The notes under the pieces are model-generated. The model worked only from the letters and a program-made list of their open reading frames with translations, was not told where the DNA came from and did no database searches. The translations under genes were made by a program, and so were the position numbers. Of a DNA stretch of 64,000 nucleotides, positions 24,258-38,400 are shown piece by piece. The first letter of the stretch is position 1; each line of letters starts with the position of its first letter. Source of the stretch: Paragordius varius (Eukaryota; Animalia; Nematomorpha); contig OZ176054.1 in assembly GCA_964247055.1 (NCBI GenBank), positions 9,672,001 through 9,736,000 of the forward strand. The letters are read 5' to 3'.

Positions 24258-26434
24258 CTGTGTTGGGAACATCAATTTTTATCATAATGCCATCATCAGT
24301 TTGATTTACGATGGTTGATGTAAGATTGGCATGAAAAAATTCTCTACTCTCTAAAATACTATATATTTTAAAATTTTACCATTTGGTGCCTTTATTGTCG
24401 TTTCTATTTCAAGTTATTAAAAAATAATATTACCTTCAGTTCCGGAATGCTTTACAGGGATCGTAAAAATAAAACTTGTTTCTAACATTTTACAGTCATG
24501 TAGACTTTATATTGTTAAAAATTTACTTTTTTTCGTTAATTGGGTATTAATATTTGGTAAAGAATATAAAAACAAGAGCAATATGGTATTACCATATCAT
24601 ATTCTTTAAAAAAGTAAAAAATGAAGGGGAAGGGCGTCGGAAATCTTTGGTAAAAAATGAAAATACACTAACTACTAACCCTTCACTTAAATTATGGATA
24701 TTTTGTAATGTTAAATTTTGAGAATATTATAGCAATTTATGTTAACATTTGAAATATTGTTGTTACGTATTTAGATGCGGAATTTTGTGGGTTTTTATCT
24801 TTAATAATTTAATAAATAGTAAAATGGGTATTTTATTATTTATGATTAATAATTAAATTCAATATTTACTATTTATCAACATGATAAATACCTGTATTAA
24901 TCGATATTGGTATCATTTTATATAGTTGTTATTAGTAATTAAAATACAGCTTATATATATATATTAAAATTTAAGGAGATTTTGGATTGTTTTTGTTTAT
25001 GTTATTCATTGTCAATTTTTATGTATTGACATTTTAATCAGGTAAAAATGCGGTTTGTAAATTTAGTCAAATTTATTTTTTTTTGTTTTTTTATTTAACA
25101 TTGTTAATTGTAATTAATTACTATTTATTTAATTTTAAAAAATACAGGTAAAAATGGCGTTTTTTAACAAATTTCAAATTTAATTTTTTTTGTATCATTG
25201 TTATTTGTTATTAATTATCAAATATTTTCGACATTTAAAAAACATGTGAAAATTGCGGTTTTTAATAAAATTAATAAATTTTTAATGATTTGTTCAACCT
25301 TGCTAATTTATTCAAATGATAGTAATTTTTACCTGTATATATCAATGTATCAAAAATATATAGTATATAATAAATTAGCGAGGTTTAACAAAAAAAATCT
25401 TACTAATTTATTAAAAACCGCAATTTTTACCTGTTTTTTAAATGTCCAAAATATTTATTAATTATAACAATGATACAAAAAATGTTAAATTTGAAAAACT
25501 GCCATTTTCACCTGTATTTATTAAAATTTCCAAAATATGGAGTAATTAATTACAATTAACAATGATACAAAAAATAAATTTGAAATTTATTAAAAACCGC
25601 AATTTTTACCTGTATTTATTAAAATGACCAAATAAATTAATTACAATTAACGATGCAAATCCTAAAAATAAAAACTCAATTTTTATTAAATTTATTAAAA
25701 ACTGCAATTTTTACCTGTTATTATTAAACACAATATGTAATTAATTACAATTAACGATGTTAAATAAAAAACAAAAAAAAATTAAATTTGACTAAATTTA
25801 AAAACCGCAATTTTTACCTGATTAAAATTTCAATACATAAAAATTCATAATGAAATAACATAAAAACAAAAACAATCCAAAATCTCCTTAAATTTTAATA
25901 TATATATATATATATATATAAGCTGTATTTTAATTACTAATAACAACTATATAAAATAATACCAATATCGATTAAAACAGGTATTTATAATGTTGAAAAA
26001 TAGTAATTATTGAATTTAATTATGAATCATAAATAATAAAATACCCATTTTACTATTTATTAAATTATTAAAGATAAAAACCCACAAAATTCCGCATCTA
26101 AATACGTAACAACAATATTTCAAATGTTAACATAAATTGCTATAATATTCTCAAAATTTAACATTACAAAATATCCATAATTTAAGTGAAGGGTTAGTAG
26201 TTAGTGTATCATTTTTTACCAAAGATTTCCGACGCCCTTCCCCTTCATTTTTTACTTTTTTAAAGAATATGATATGGTAATACCATATTGCTCTTGTTTT
26301 TATATTCTTTACCAAATATTAATACCCAATTAACGAAAAAAAGTAAATTTTTAACAATATAAAGTCTACATGACTGTATATACAAACTTTACCATTGTTC
26401 TTATCTATATAAAATATTTCGGTTGTTATATATA

Positions 26435-26474
<40 letters not shown>

Positions 26475-29400
26475 TAAATATATAATAAAAACGAACATGG
26501 CTAATTTTGTGTAATAAATATCTTAGGATTATTCAACAACCAAATGTTTGATAAAAAATACTTCAAAAAGATTTACACTAATATTCATCAATGATTGCCG
26601 AAAAGACAATGTTCAAAAAATCAAGATGTGCTTTTTATTGTTGTTTATAACTATTTTTATGGGTATTAACCATATTTAAACGTAACAAATAAAATAACCA
26701 TGTTTTATTTGTGCAAAAGCATTTTTTACACGGTAAAATTGAAAATGTTATGTGTATTATCGAATCAAGACGGATTCGAAGATATATATGGATGAATAAC
26801 ACAATAGGTCGATTAAAAATGTGTGAACCGCATATGGGGCTTATCGCGCAGTCTGTTTCAATGGTAACCATAAATTATTTTAAAATTAAAAGTTTGCGTT
26901 TTTGTAACAATTAACACTTGGATACAACACATTCATTTCAGTCCTTCGATTCAAATTGGGTTAGTTGGATACCCCAGGCCTGTTTAAAACTAAATTCTTC
27001 AAATAATATAGAAGGAATCGAAACCATGGCAAAATTTTGCACTTATATAACATTAAAAAACCGATATATATAAAATATTTTATTCAAATATACTTGATAT
27101 TACTTATTTTAAGCTAAGACCGAAAGGTAAAAATTCTGTCAACGTGACATGTGTGCGGTAAAATTGAAAAATAATACAAGATAAACCGCTTTTTCTGTTT
27201 CTATCAATGTTAGATGTAATTTAAATAAAAAATAAGCTTTAATTCTACCCTTAAAATTAATGAAAGACGATATTTTGCAAAAATTTTGTAAAATAAAAAT
27301 TGCGGCGAAGTAGTTTGACATGGAACTTTTTTTTCAAAACAAAATTTCATTTAGATATTTTGGCATGTTTATATAATTTTTATTAGGATAGAAGCATAAA
27401 TTAAATTGGGACCGTTTCATTCAGTAGTTTTTTAAAAGTCTTAACTCAAATTTAGACTGGGGTATTTAGGTACCCCAAATTGAATCGAAGTGTTAATATC
27501 GATATCAACTTTGATAGAAATAAAATCCTTCCGTAAATACCTTCAGTGTTGGTTATTATCCCATGATTGGTATCTAAAATTTTTAGAAAATACAATTACC
27601 GCATGGATAATATTAAAATAAATTTTTATCAAAATAACAATATTTTTCGTGAGAGATGAAGGCAATCCGATACATGTAGTTAACGGTATTAATTATAAAA
27701 AAATCAACTTAGTTGCTACTCTTAATTATATATTATAAAATTAACACTGAATATTTTTTATGTATATGTTTTTTATCACAATATAATGTGAAAAACATGC
27801 ATTCAAATTGGTCGGTTACCAACTGTTATAGCTTTTTTCGTAAATCTTATTAACCCCTTATAAATAAAACACCAACTAATATTAATTATTCACCTTTACC
27901 GAGTTTGAACATACCTGAAAAAGTATATCCTCTCGAAGCTATAGTACTTCCAATCATCCCTGTTAAAATATATTATTTTGATACCTCCAATGGTTGAGCC
28001 CAATATCCCTCCAAAAACAATTCCTGTTTATTTGTAATGATTTATATCGATTTTATAAAGCATTACCTTTCCCAACTGTTATTAATACCGATATTAGAAC
28101 ATAATATAGTAACTATTATTATAGAGACAAAATGTAATAACTTAAAGACATATATTTTTTAAAGTAACAGCTTATTTAAATCTTTATATTTTGGCTAAAG
28201 GGTAGCGAAATTTGGAATAGAGGTTCAAAGTTAAGCACTCATAATTCAATATTTTACACTATTATCATATGTTAATTAGTAAAAATCATATAAAAAAATA
28301 TTAGTCTGTTAGTTTTTACGTTTTGTCTTCATTATGATTATATACATATTTGAAATTTTAATACGCTACCGATTGCCGTTTTGCCTAAAATGATAAATAA
28401 CAAATTAAGTATTGATGAACAGTAGACAATATTTAAATAGAATACCGCCAATAGCTGTTTGTATAGCCCTTTTTAGTGTGTTCGGGATATGGGGCGTCGA
28501 TTTGTATCCTGTATAGTTTATTAAGATACATATTTAATATTTACATATTGAACTTGATTTTTCCGGTTATCGTTTGATGTATATATATAGCACCCTTATA
28601 GTTGGCCACTTAGCATTATTTACTGCCATGTTTAGTGGTAAACTATACTTGCCTCATGCCATCCAGAAAAATTTGGTAATAGAAAAAAGATATATTTGAT
28701 ATCAAAAGATTTAAAAATAACTGAAATACTACTATTTGACCTATGGGAGCACGTTTACTTCAAAAAGTGTAACCATTTAGTTAACTTTTTTCTTATTTAA
28801 TATTTAAGATGAGTATATAATAAATCACCATTTTAATTATTTATTGATTATTAATCAGCTGTGAGCCGCCCTTTTTTATTTTTGGCTTTTTACTTGGATA
28901 CAACGCATTCATTTCGGCATCCGATCCAAATTAGGGTCTTTGGGATCCAGGCCTATTCAAAATCGAATATTCTAAATTTATGGAACAAATTGGAACCATT
29001 GCAAAAGTTTGCGCTTATTTAATATTGATGCATCGTAAAAAAAAGAATCTTTTAAAAATACTTAATAGCACTTATTTTATGGATATACCTTAAGGTTAAA
29101 ATATAGTCGACATGACATGTGTAAATTAGCTAAATGTAAAATTATGCATTAACCCTTTTTTTGTTTATATCTGTTTATATCAATTTTAGATGTTTTTCCG
29201 TAATAATTTAGTTAATAATTATTCAATAAAATGCGCGAAATCACCATTATAATATTTTTTTATATTTTTATTATTTTCGTTTTATTTAAAGTATATTACA
29301 TTTTCCTTTTCATAATTCTTATCCCTCATTGGAGTTGTAATAATGCGTATTTTATTTTTTCATTTTTAATTATTAATATGTTTATTATATGAATTTGTTT

Positions 29401-32400
29401 ATGAGGGTTAAAAAGGTAAATTTCTTGTGCATTCGGGAGATTGGATATCTTGGAAACGGCGCTAAGACGTTAGAGGGTAACTATAAAATATAATACCATT
29501 TGCACACTAAGAGTGTCATTAAACACTTCAAGTTGGTCCTTGAACATTTCAGGTGGGTCCTACATTTTCTTCTAACATTGTGTTATAACTTTAATCAATC
29601 AAATCATTTATTGTTTATCTATTTTATCATTTTTAACGTATTTTCTTTATTTATAAACTTTTAAATCCATCACCGTATATCTTTATACTTTCTTAAAAAA
29701 TATTTTTTATATTATTAAAATATATAAATTTTTTGGGTTGTTAATCTTAATTTTTTGTTAAAAACATTTATGTAATTATCATAAACTAAGAAAATAGGTA
29801 AAAAAATAATAAAATAAAAATACATCTAAAAATCATGGTTATCAAATTTAAAAATTTTATAGACCAACTTGAAGTGTTCAGGGACACTCTTAGTGCAAAT
29901 ATGATATTTTATTCAGGTTCTTAGGATGGTTACAGTGGGGTCGCCATGATGTTGTGTCCAAGATTCGCCAATCAAGGAATTGAGTTTAAACGTGCTTAAA
30001 ATTATAAGTATTGACTTATTGTTAGATAAGAGGGTTTTTACCATCTTATCGTTTATGCTCCCCAGATAGGATTGAGTAAACTACAGAAAGATAAATTTTA
30101 TGATTTGTTAGAGGAAGAAATGAATTCATTAATGAAAGACAGAAAAATCATATTTTTTGGCAATTTCAATGGGCATGTAGGACAAAATAGAAGATGTTTT
30201 AAGTCTTGGCATGGCGGAAAAGGTTACGGGGTTAAAAATAACAAAGGGACTAGTTTAAGATTTGCTCAACCATATAACTTAGCTATAACAAATACCTTCT
30301 TTACTAATAGGGATAGCCACTTAATTACCTTGAAAGTGAAAATGAGAAGTCACAAATCAATTATATCCTTGTATTGCGAAAGTCTTTAAAGTACTATGTG
30401 GACTGCAAAGTCATACCTAACCTGTAGATTAGTACACAACATATTTTAATTATGTGTAAGTATATGACAGGTATACCAAATGTTATTAAAAAGCGTAAGC
30501 TTATAGTGCCAAAGGTAATTAAATGGGACTTAAAAAACAGTAAAGAAAGATTTGTAGAAACCGTACGCATACCAGACAGGAACATTGTTGCAGAAATTGT
30601 CTCAGGTGACTAAATTAGAGAAGCGGGAATTAAGGTGTGTGGAATGAAAGGTGATAGAAATCAGTTGTACGAGGCATGGCTGAAAGACAAAAGTGGATTT
30701 TGAAATAGCGAGAGAAAAGTAAAGCTTTTAAAATGTGTTGTTTTACCCACCAAGCAGAAGACAAGGAATAATATAAAAGGATTAATAAGGAACTTAAAAG
30801 GCTTGTGAGGATGGTCAAAAAAGAGAAAACGGAATTACTATATGAGGAGTTTAATCGTGAGAAAGGTCCAAACAAAGTTTTTTAAATTGATCGACTAAGA
30901 CACAGAAGAAAGCTGCCCCCTTAAGCGACCGCTATTAAGACACAACCGGTAAATTACTCGTTGCGTTGAGGAAGAGAATTCGAAGAGGTGGACAGAACGG
31001 ACCTCGAATTGGGCGTCAGTAAAACGAATTTACCCGACACCAGATTATGTAACTGCGCCTATTGAAAGTATTTTTAAAGAAGTCCGGGTTGGTTTAGAAG
31101 AGTGTCTCTAAATAAAGCTGTAGATCCAAATGATATTAACATAAACTATTGGAAAATAAAGTCAGAGAAAGTTGATTTTTAAACGAATATTTTTATAGTA
31201 GTTGCTACAGGTATCTAATGAAAGGATAGTTTAACTGTTCTTATATTTAAGGGCAACGGAGATATTGATTGTAACAAATACAGATGGATAAGATGGATGT
31301 CGCTTACAATGAGTTATTGGGGAAAATACTAGAGAAACGGGTAAGAAAAATGGTTAGAGAGGGTAATCAATTTGATTTAATTCCGGGAATGTCCGCGATC
31401 GATCCTATTCACGCATGATGGCGAATTGAAAAGCATATGGAAATAAATGTAAAAGGAGTTGGGTGGTATTTTTCTCCACATTGAAAAGGGGTTTGAGAGG
31501 ATACAACGGAGTTATGGTGGAGTTTAGAATCAAAAAACGTTCCTAAAAATTACATAAAAATTCAAAAAGCATGTACGGCTCTCATCATACCAAAGTTGCA
31601 ACAAACCAGGGAGTGTCAGATCCTATTGAAATAAACCCAGGCGTCTAACGAAATTTCAAAAAAGTGCGGTAATATGATGGCCGATAATTTCTTTATGCAG
31701 GCGACCTAATAGTGCTGTCAGACTAGTTGCATGAATTAAAAGAATTGGTGAACAAATGGATTGATGTGTTACGACGGGGTGGTTTAAAAGTTAATAAAAA
31801 AAGGAACTTATAAATTTTGGTGAAAAAATGATAAATGGAATTGGAAGAAGGTTGGGTATTAAAAGGTCAGAAAAATGCAAATATTTAGGCGATTATAGCA
31901 GCAGATGGATCTTTAACGCATGATATAAATCTAAGAATTCGAATCGTTGGGCAAATAAAAAAAATCTCAAATGTTTTGTGTAATAAAAAAATTGACCTAA
32001 AAGTCAAGTGAAGATTTAAGTGCTGTTGTATGTCCAACATGGATGTACAACTCACAGACATCGGTAATAAAATCAGAAGAGAGGCACAAGTTACGGAAAT
32101 GAGAATGCTTTGATTGATGTGCGGTGTAACGAGGAAAGACAACATGAGTAATGCACTGTGTGCAAAAATTTTTTAACAAAATATTTCATGAGAGAACTTA
32201 TGACGAGGAATTCATTTGCCGTAAAAAATTTTATTTGTTTACGACCTAGTTTTTGAAATATTGAGAGAAAATGGAAATCGGGCAAAAGGTGAAAATTAAG
32301 GATAATTAAGGATAATTAAAAAAATAATGATAAAATTTGAGATATTATGGTTTAGTATCATTTTAGGAGATATTTTCAAAATATAAATAGCCTAAAATCA

Positions 32401-35400
32401 TATAGTTAGGGTTTCTATAAAATCTCAGCTCAAAAGATAGCGTTTTTCTTTGAACACAGTTAAAGACAAAAAATTTTTTATGAAACTATATTAAAATATT
32501 TTTTTTCATTATCTACTAGCTAAATTAAAATCTTAACATTCATATTTTATTCAGTAAAAAAACTTATATATCAAATAAAACCAAAAATATTGTATTTTAT
32601 TTTTTCATTTTTTTGCCATCTGGTTTATGAGTGTATAAAAAATTTATACTGTTTTATTTTGGAATCTTACATGAGTGCGAATTATAAAGTATATAATTTA
32701 TGCAAAGTAAATATAAAAGTAATGGAATATCAACCAACAATTCTTACAAATTCCCGTAACAAACTTGTTTAACACAAGTTAATATTTCTACTGGGATATG
32801 TACGGATTTTAAATTAATTTCCACTAATTGTAATTTTATTTTGTAATGTGAAGTTCCAAAATAGACAGTAAATTTTTATACCGTTATAAACCAGAAAAAA
32901 AAATGAAAAAATACAAAACAATATTTTTTAGTTTTATTTTGATAGAGAAGTTTTTTACTGAATAAAATATGAATGATAAGATTTTAATAGTGAGGTTAGC
33001 TAGTAAATAATAGAAAAAAATTAGTTAAATATAGTTTCATATAAAATATTTTGTCTTTTGAGTGTGTTAAAGGAAAAACGCCATATTTTAAGATTTTATA
33101 GAAACCCTAAATATACGATTTTAGGCTATTTATATATTGAAAATATCTACTAGATAAAACCATAATTCAAGTTTTTTCATTTTTATAATTATCCTTAATT
33201 TTCACTTTTTGCCCGATTTCGATTTTCTCTTTTATTATAAAAACTAGGTCGGCAACAAATAAAATTTTTTGTGTCAAATAAATTCGCTGGTCAAAAGCTA
33301 TCTCATGAAAAAAAAATTTGTTAAAAAAATTAAACCTCTTTTTTGCACACTGTGATGTATAAATTATTAAAAGAAGTACAGAAAGACCAATAAGCCAAAA
33401 AAGATGTTAGATTGTCTTTGCATTTGGACACGTAGAAAGAAGAGATAATAACTAACAGATTCTTTAATTAATAAGATAAAGTTTTTAATATATAGATTAA
33501 AAAACTATAAATATTAATGTCTGTAATTCTCTTCATGTGTTATAGTTAAGATATTCAAAATTAAGATGAAAACTCCTATTCAATCCGATACGATATAAAA
33601 TGTTATAATACAATCGATTTTTTATAATTATAATACACAAAAAATTTAAAATAATAATGGTTATTCCATTTTAGATTAATAATTTTTATTATGCAATCAA
33701 TATTAACAATATATGTCCTTTTGGGGTAATTTTATATTCCAGCGATTTAACTTTAAATATCCTAAAAAGTTTTAAGGTATTAGGCCGAATTTAATCTTTC
33801 TTTAGCCTTTTAGGCGCATAAATTTTTTTTATCAAAAATAAAATTGTAAAAAAACTCAAACTATTTGCCGCCATTTTTTTAAATTTGAAATCCCAAATGT
33901 AATAGGCAAATAAATGTATATTATGGTTGCAGATAATTAACTTTATTAAGCTTTCAGGTTGCAATTTACTAGGAAAACCTCATATTTATTGATTTTAAAA
34001 GCAGTATAATTTAATCGTGTTTTCGAGCTAAAATTTTATCTAGGAATCACAACACTGTAAAAAATATGGGTTTAATCTAATACAAGCGAGCAAATTTGAT
34101 AATCAAATTTTAATTAAAATTTTAAAACAGTAGGTTATTTAATATTGAGCTCGGGAAATAAACCCCAATATGTCATCGTGACAAAAGTGAAATGTTAAAT
34201 AATAATTTAAACAATAAATTTTATTATTTAAAAATAAAAGCACATGGGAACCACTTAATTTGAAGGTGGAACCGGAACCAAACTGGTTTATGGACGGTTC
34301 CAAAACCGGCCTGGCGCCTAACAATATAGAAATAGAAACGGGTTTGTTCTTGCAAACCTGGGGCTCTCTTAGAAAGCGGGATCGAAACCCCGGGTCCTGA
34401 TGAAATCTCAAAAACCCAGTTCCTCTTTGGGAAGTTCTGGTTCCAAGCCTGAAGGAGTTCATGAAATTTATCATACTGATATTATATGAATATGAAAATA
34501 ATACTATATAAAAAATATATTTTTTGAAAGAATATGATTTACTGTAAAATTACATTCTAATTTATTTCATACTATTAGAAGTTTACAAATCCCTAGAAAT
34601 AAATGGTTTATGTGAACTCTCACCTGAAGCAATGACAGAATTTATTAAAATATATTTTTTTCAGCCGATTTTTACTTTTATTGCTTTATATTAATATATC
34701 CAAGCTAATAATTGTATAAATTAGGTATTGCTATTTTTAGAAATGTACTATATCCGATATCAATAATAATAATAATAATAATATTGCATTTAGGACATAT
34801 ACTAGCTCTTACCTGTATTTCCTGATTTGGAAGTATCGTCAAGTTCTTTAAAAAAATAGATTAAAATTAATTTTATTGTTTCAATAGCCATTTTATATTT
34901 GTATTTTTTATTTACTTGGTGGTAAATTTTTCACATTTGTATCCACAGATTTTTCTGCGTGATCTACAGATAAATACAAAAATATTATTAAATTAAAATG
35001 AAATATATTTTTTTTTTATTATTTCATTCAAAATTAGCATTTTTTATAATCAAACGATTATTAAAAACAATTTTTGGGTTCTGACATCAATGTTGACCCA
35101 TTTTTTCATAAATGTTTTCTTTTGAATGAATTTGGATACAAAATCATATAACATTTATGTAGTATCATAAGCGGTATTTCCTGGTTTAAATCTCGGCTTC
35201 AAAAATTTTAATAGAATAAAATTAATTTTCTTAAAATAGCCATTTCATATTTCTATTCATTTACTCAATGGTAGTTTTTTCACATTTGTATCCACAGATT
35301 TTTCTGCTTGATCTACAAAAGAAAAATATAACAATATAATTAAATTATAATAAAATATATTGTTTTATTACTATTTCAATCATAATGACATTTAATTGGT

Positions 35401-38400
35401 ATTTTTTTATAATCAAACGATTATTAAAAACGATTTTTGGGTTCTGATAATGTTGACCCATTTTTTGGTATTTTGTTTATCTTTTGACTGAAAATCGATA
35501 CATATATATAAATTATGTAGTATCATAAGCGGTATTTCCGTGTTTGAATCTTGGCTTCAAAATTTTATCAGAATAAAATTAATTTTTAATAGCTATTTTT
35601 TCACATTTGTATCCACAGATTTTTCTGCTTGTTCTACATAAGATTGAAATCACAATATAATTAAATTAAATTAAATATATTTTTTATTACTATGTCCTTC
35701 ATAATTGACATTACGCATCTTTTCATAATCAAATGATTATTTAAAATTTTTGGGTTCTGACTCAAGGTTGACCCATTTTTTAGAATCTAATTTGACTGTA
35801 AAGGCGATACAAAATTATATAAATTATGTAGAATCATTAGCTGTATTTCCGGCTTTGAATGTATCTTGTGGCTTTGAAATATTTAATAATAGAGTAAAAC
35901 TTGAAACAGACAAAACAGAAAGAAACACAAATATTTTAATAATAAATTTGATTTTTTTCTGTTAAGAATGGGTGTCTTTAAAAATTTTTGTATTTTTTTT
36001 GTGTGTAAAATAATTTTTACTGTAAATAAATATTTTATTCGCAAAATAGGCATTTAATATGGGTATTTATAGTTTACTCGTTTTCTGTGGGTTTTTCAGC
36101 TCATTTATATTGGAAGATTTTTGTGATTGATCTATAACATACATATATTAATAAAATTTTTTTTTGTCATGTCTTTAACAAAAAAACCTTCTTCTTTTGG
36201 TACGTCTTCGTTGGGTTGATTCTCCGAAAGTTTGACTAAAGTTTGAGAAAATTATATTCGTGAAAACAAAGAATATATAAATTGGTATAGAAAATTTTTT
36301 ATTCTGAGTCTGAAATTAAATTAATCTAACATAATATGTAAAAGTGTATTATGAATTGGCGTGGAAAAATAGCATAAAAATATTACATGGAGGATCCGAT
36401 TAAATGCGTAGGTAATGAAAAAAAGGTTTTTTTGAAGCAAAAACATCATAACATAAAATTTTTTTTGGCGCAATATTTTACGAAATTACTCCGTTTCCGG
36501 TCAGGTTCTTCGTCTGAGGAAGAATCATCAGGATTCAAAGTGTCGCGATTCCTATTTGATGGCCCTGCACATTTAATAATAAATTGATTTATACCGGGCT
36601 CTTCTTCATCAATGAATATCGGGTTATTCGCATCTAAGTTTAGTTCACTTTCGGTTAGTGTATCAGGCATATTATTTAAATCTAAGAATATCAAATAAAT
36701 TAGCGTAGAGATTTCGGCTATTGTTAAACACAATATCCAAAATTATCAAACATTCATACCGGATTGAATTCCTTCAACCTCTAAATATTAAAAGTTAGAG
36801 TTATTTTTAAAATATCTTTTCCATGTTATCAAATTTTTCAATGACCCTAGTAAAAATTTGCAACAGATATAATTGACCCGCTCGGATATTTTTAATTATT
36901 AGTATTGTACAAATTAAGCTTGAAAAAGGTTAATAAATTGTCGACATACAAATAAGATATTCCTTAAAGATCCAATTTAAATTTTTGTGTCAAAGATTGT
37001 GTTTTACTTTTTTAATTGTAGGACAACCTTAAAAATTATTTACTAATCCTCATTTAATAACAATACAACAAAAACATAATATGTAGAAAAACTCCTGAAA
37101 CTGATGTTATATTTAATTGATTATTTGGTAACACATTATAATATTAATATGTTTCAGCTTTAATTACCTGAATCAAAATCAGATCCTTCACCTAGAAAAT
37201 TTTATCAATTGGTTTACTTGAGACCCAATCATCCATATCTGCTGTAAAATTAGCAAATATTAATACCACCAGGGTTCTCTAAATTCATAATTTCTAAAAT
37301 ATAAAAATATATATAGAATTATATGTATATCAGAGTGTATCAAAATCGGGGTCCGCTTTGTGTATAAGTTTTAGAAAGAAAAAATTAAAACGCTAAATAT
37401 AGAAAATAACGCAATTATATCAAGTGTGTGCAACACAAAAAAACTTTACAGCTGTTTAGATAATTTTTAGTTTTTTCATTTATTTTGAGCCTAATTACCT
37501 TGTGAATATCGTAAATTTGTGATTAAAACTTTTTATTTTTTATTAACATTTTTTTCGAGCACTATCGAAAATGCATGTCGTTAATCCCTGTCTAAATCAT
37601 TTAGAATTTTTTGGTTTAATTTGTTTGTAAAAATATATATTTGTCATATAATTAAAGTATAAACACAGAATAAACTTGATAAAATATGTTTAAATTTAAT
37701 TTTTCCTCTCATTTTAAATTATAAAAAAGCCTCAGAATAAAATAAGTGTATTAGGTTACCTTATAGGAGAGTTTTGTTTAATATGAATTTATTAAAAACT
37801 CGTCTAATTTACCAACTTGCACAGCAAAATTTAATTCCTTGTTTATTTTACCCGTAAACAACGTATATTACTACATTTTGACATAAAAAACCAATGTTTT
37901 TAATGATATTTTATAGTTTTTTCTTGTTATTAGCTTAACAAAAGTCGATTATTAAAATGGGATAACTAAATAATATTCATGAATCTTGATCGAAGCAAAA
38001 TGTTAGTTCAGCAAAGCACCGAAGCATCTTGAAGCTATTTCGGGTTTGTTTGTCAAAATTATGAAAATTTTAAAATATTTAAATCAACTTACAAAGCTAA
38101 AAAACATATGGATATTTAATGCTTAAGTGTGATACATGTAAGGATTATAAACCCGAAAACATTTATTTTAACTTTAAAAACGTGTATAAAAGCTATGTTG
38201 AGAGATTATTGAACGGCATGGAAAATCTTACGCTCATGATATATACAGGGTAATAAAAAAAGCCAGATATAAATTATTCATATGATTTCGTTTTAAATGC
38301 CTAAATGGATATCGATTTGAATAAAAAAATAGTAATATTTTTGCGAACAGACACTAACGGACATTAACTAGCTGCATTTTATAACTTGAAATAATTTAAT

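Noticed and set aside
26500-26880. Mixed-composition stretch with short ORFs on both strands
   Set aside because: No consistent splice or phase chain or recognisable motif; left unassigned.
27915-28508. Stand-alone Romo1/Mgr2 or Tim17-family gene suggested by the GxxxG pattern and TAIGSVLK
   Set aside because: The matching pieces are in the wrong order for that family and fit the phase-1 exon chain of the larger gene.
27915-28620. Alternative phase-2, Trp-rich reading of the same exons (NNSWERNCFWRDIG…)
   Set aside because: It is open locally but cannot be joined to neighbouring exons without stops, and all flanking clusters are phase 1. Not formally excluded without cDNA.
38103-38250. Plus-strand 49-codon open frame (…LKCDTCKDYKPEN…LLNGMENLTLMIYTG) ending at a GT
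   Set aside because: No compatible acceptor or next exon was found, and the resemblance to serine carboxypeptidases is too weak.
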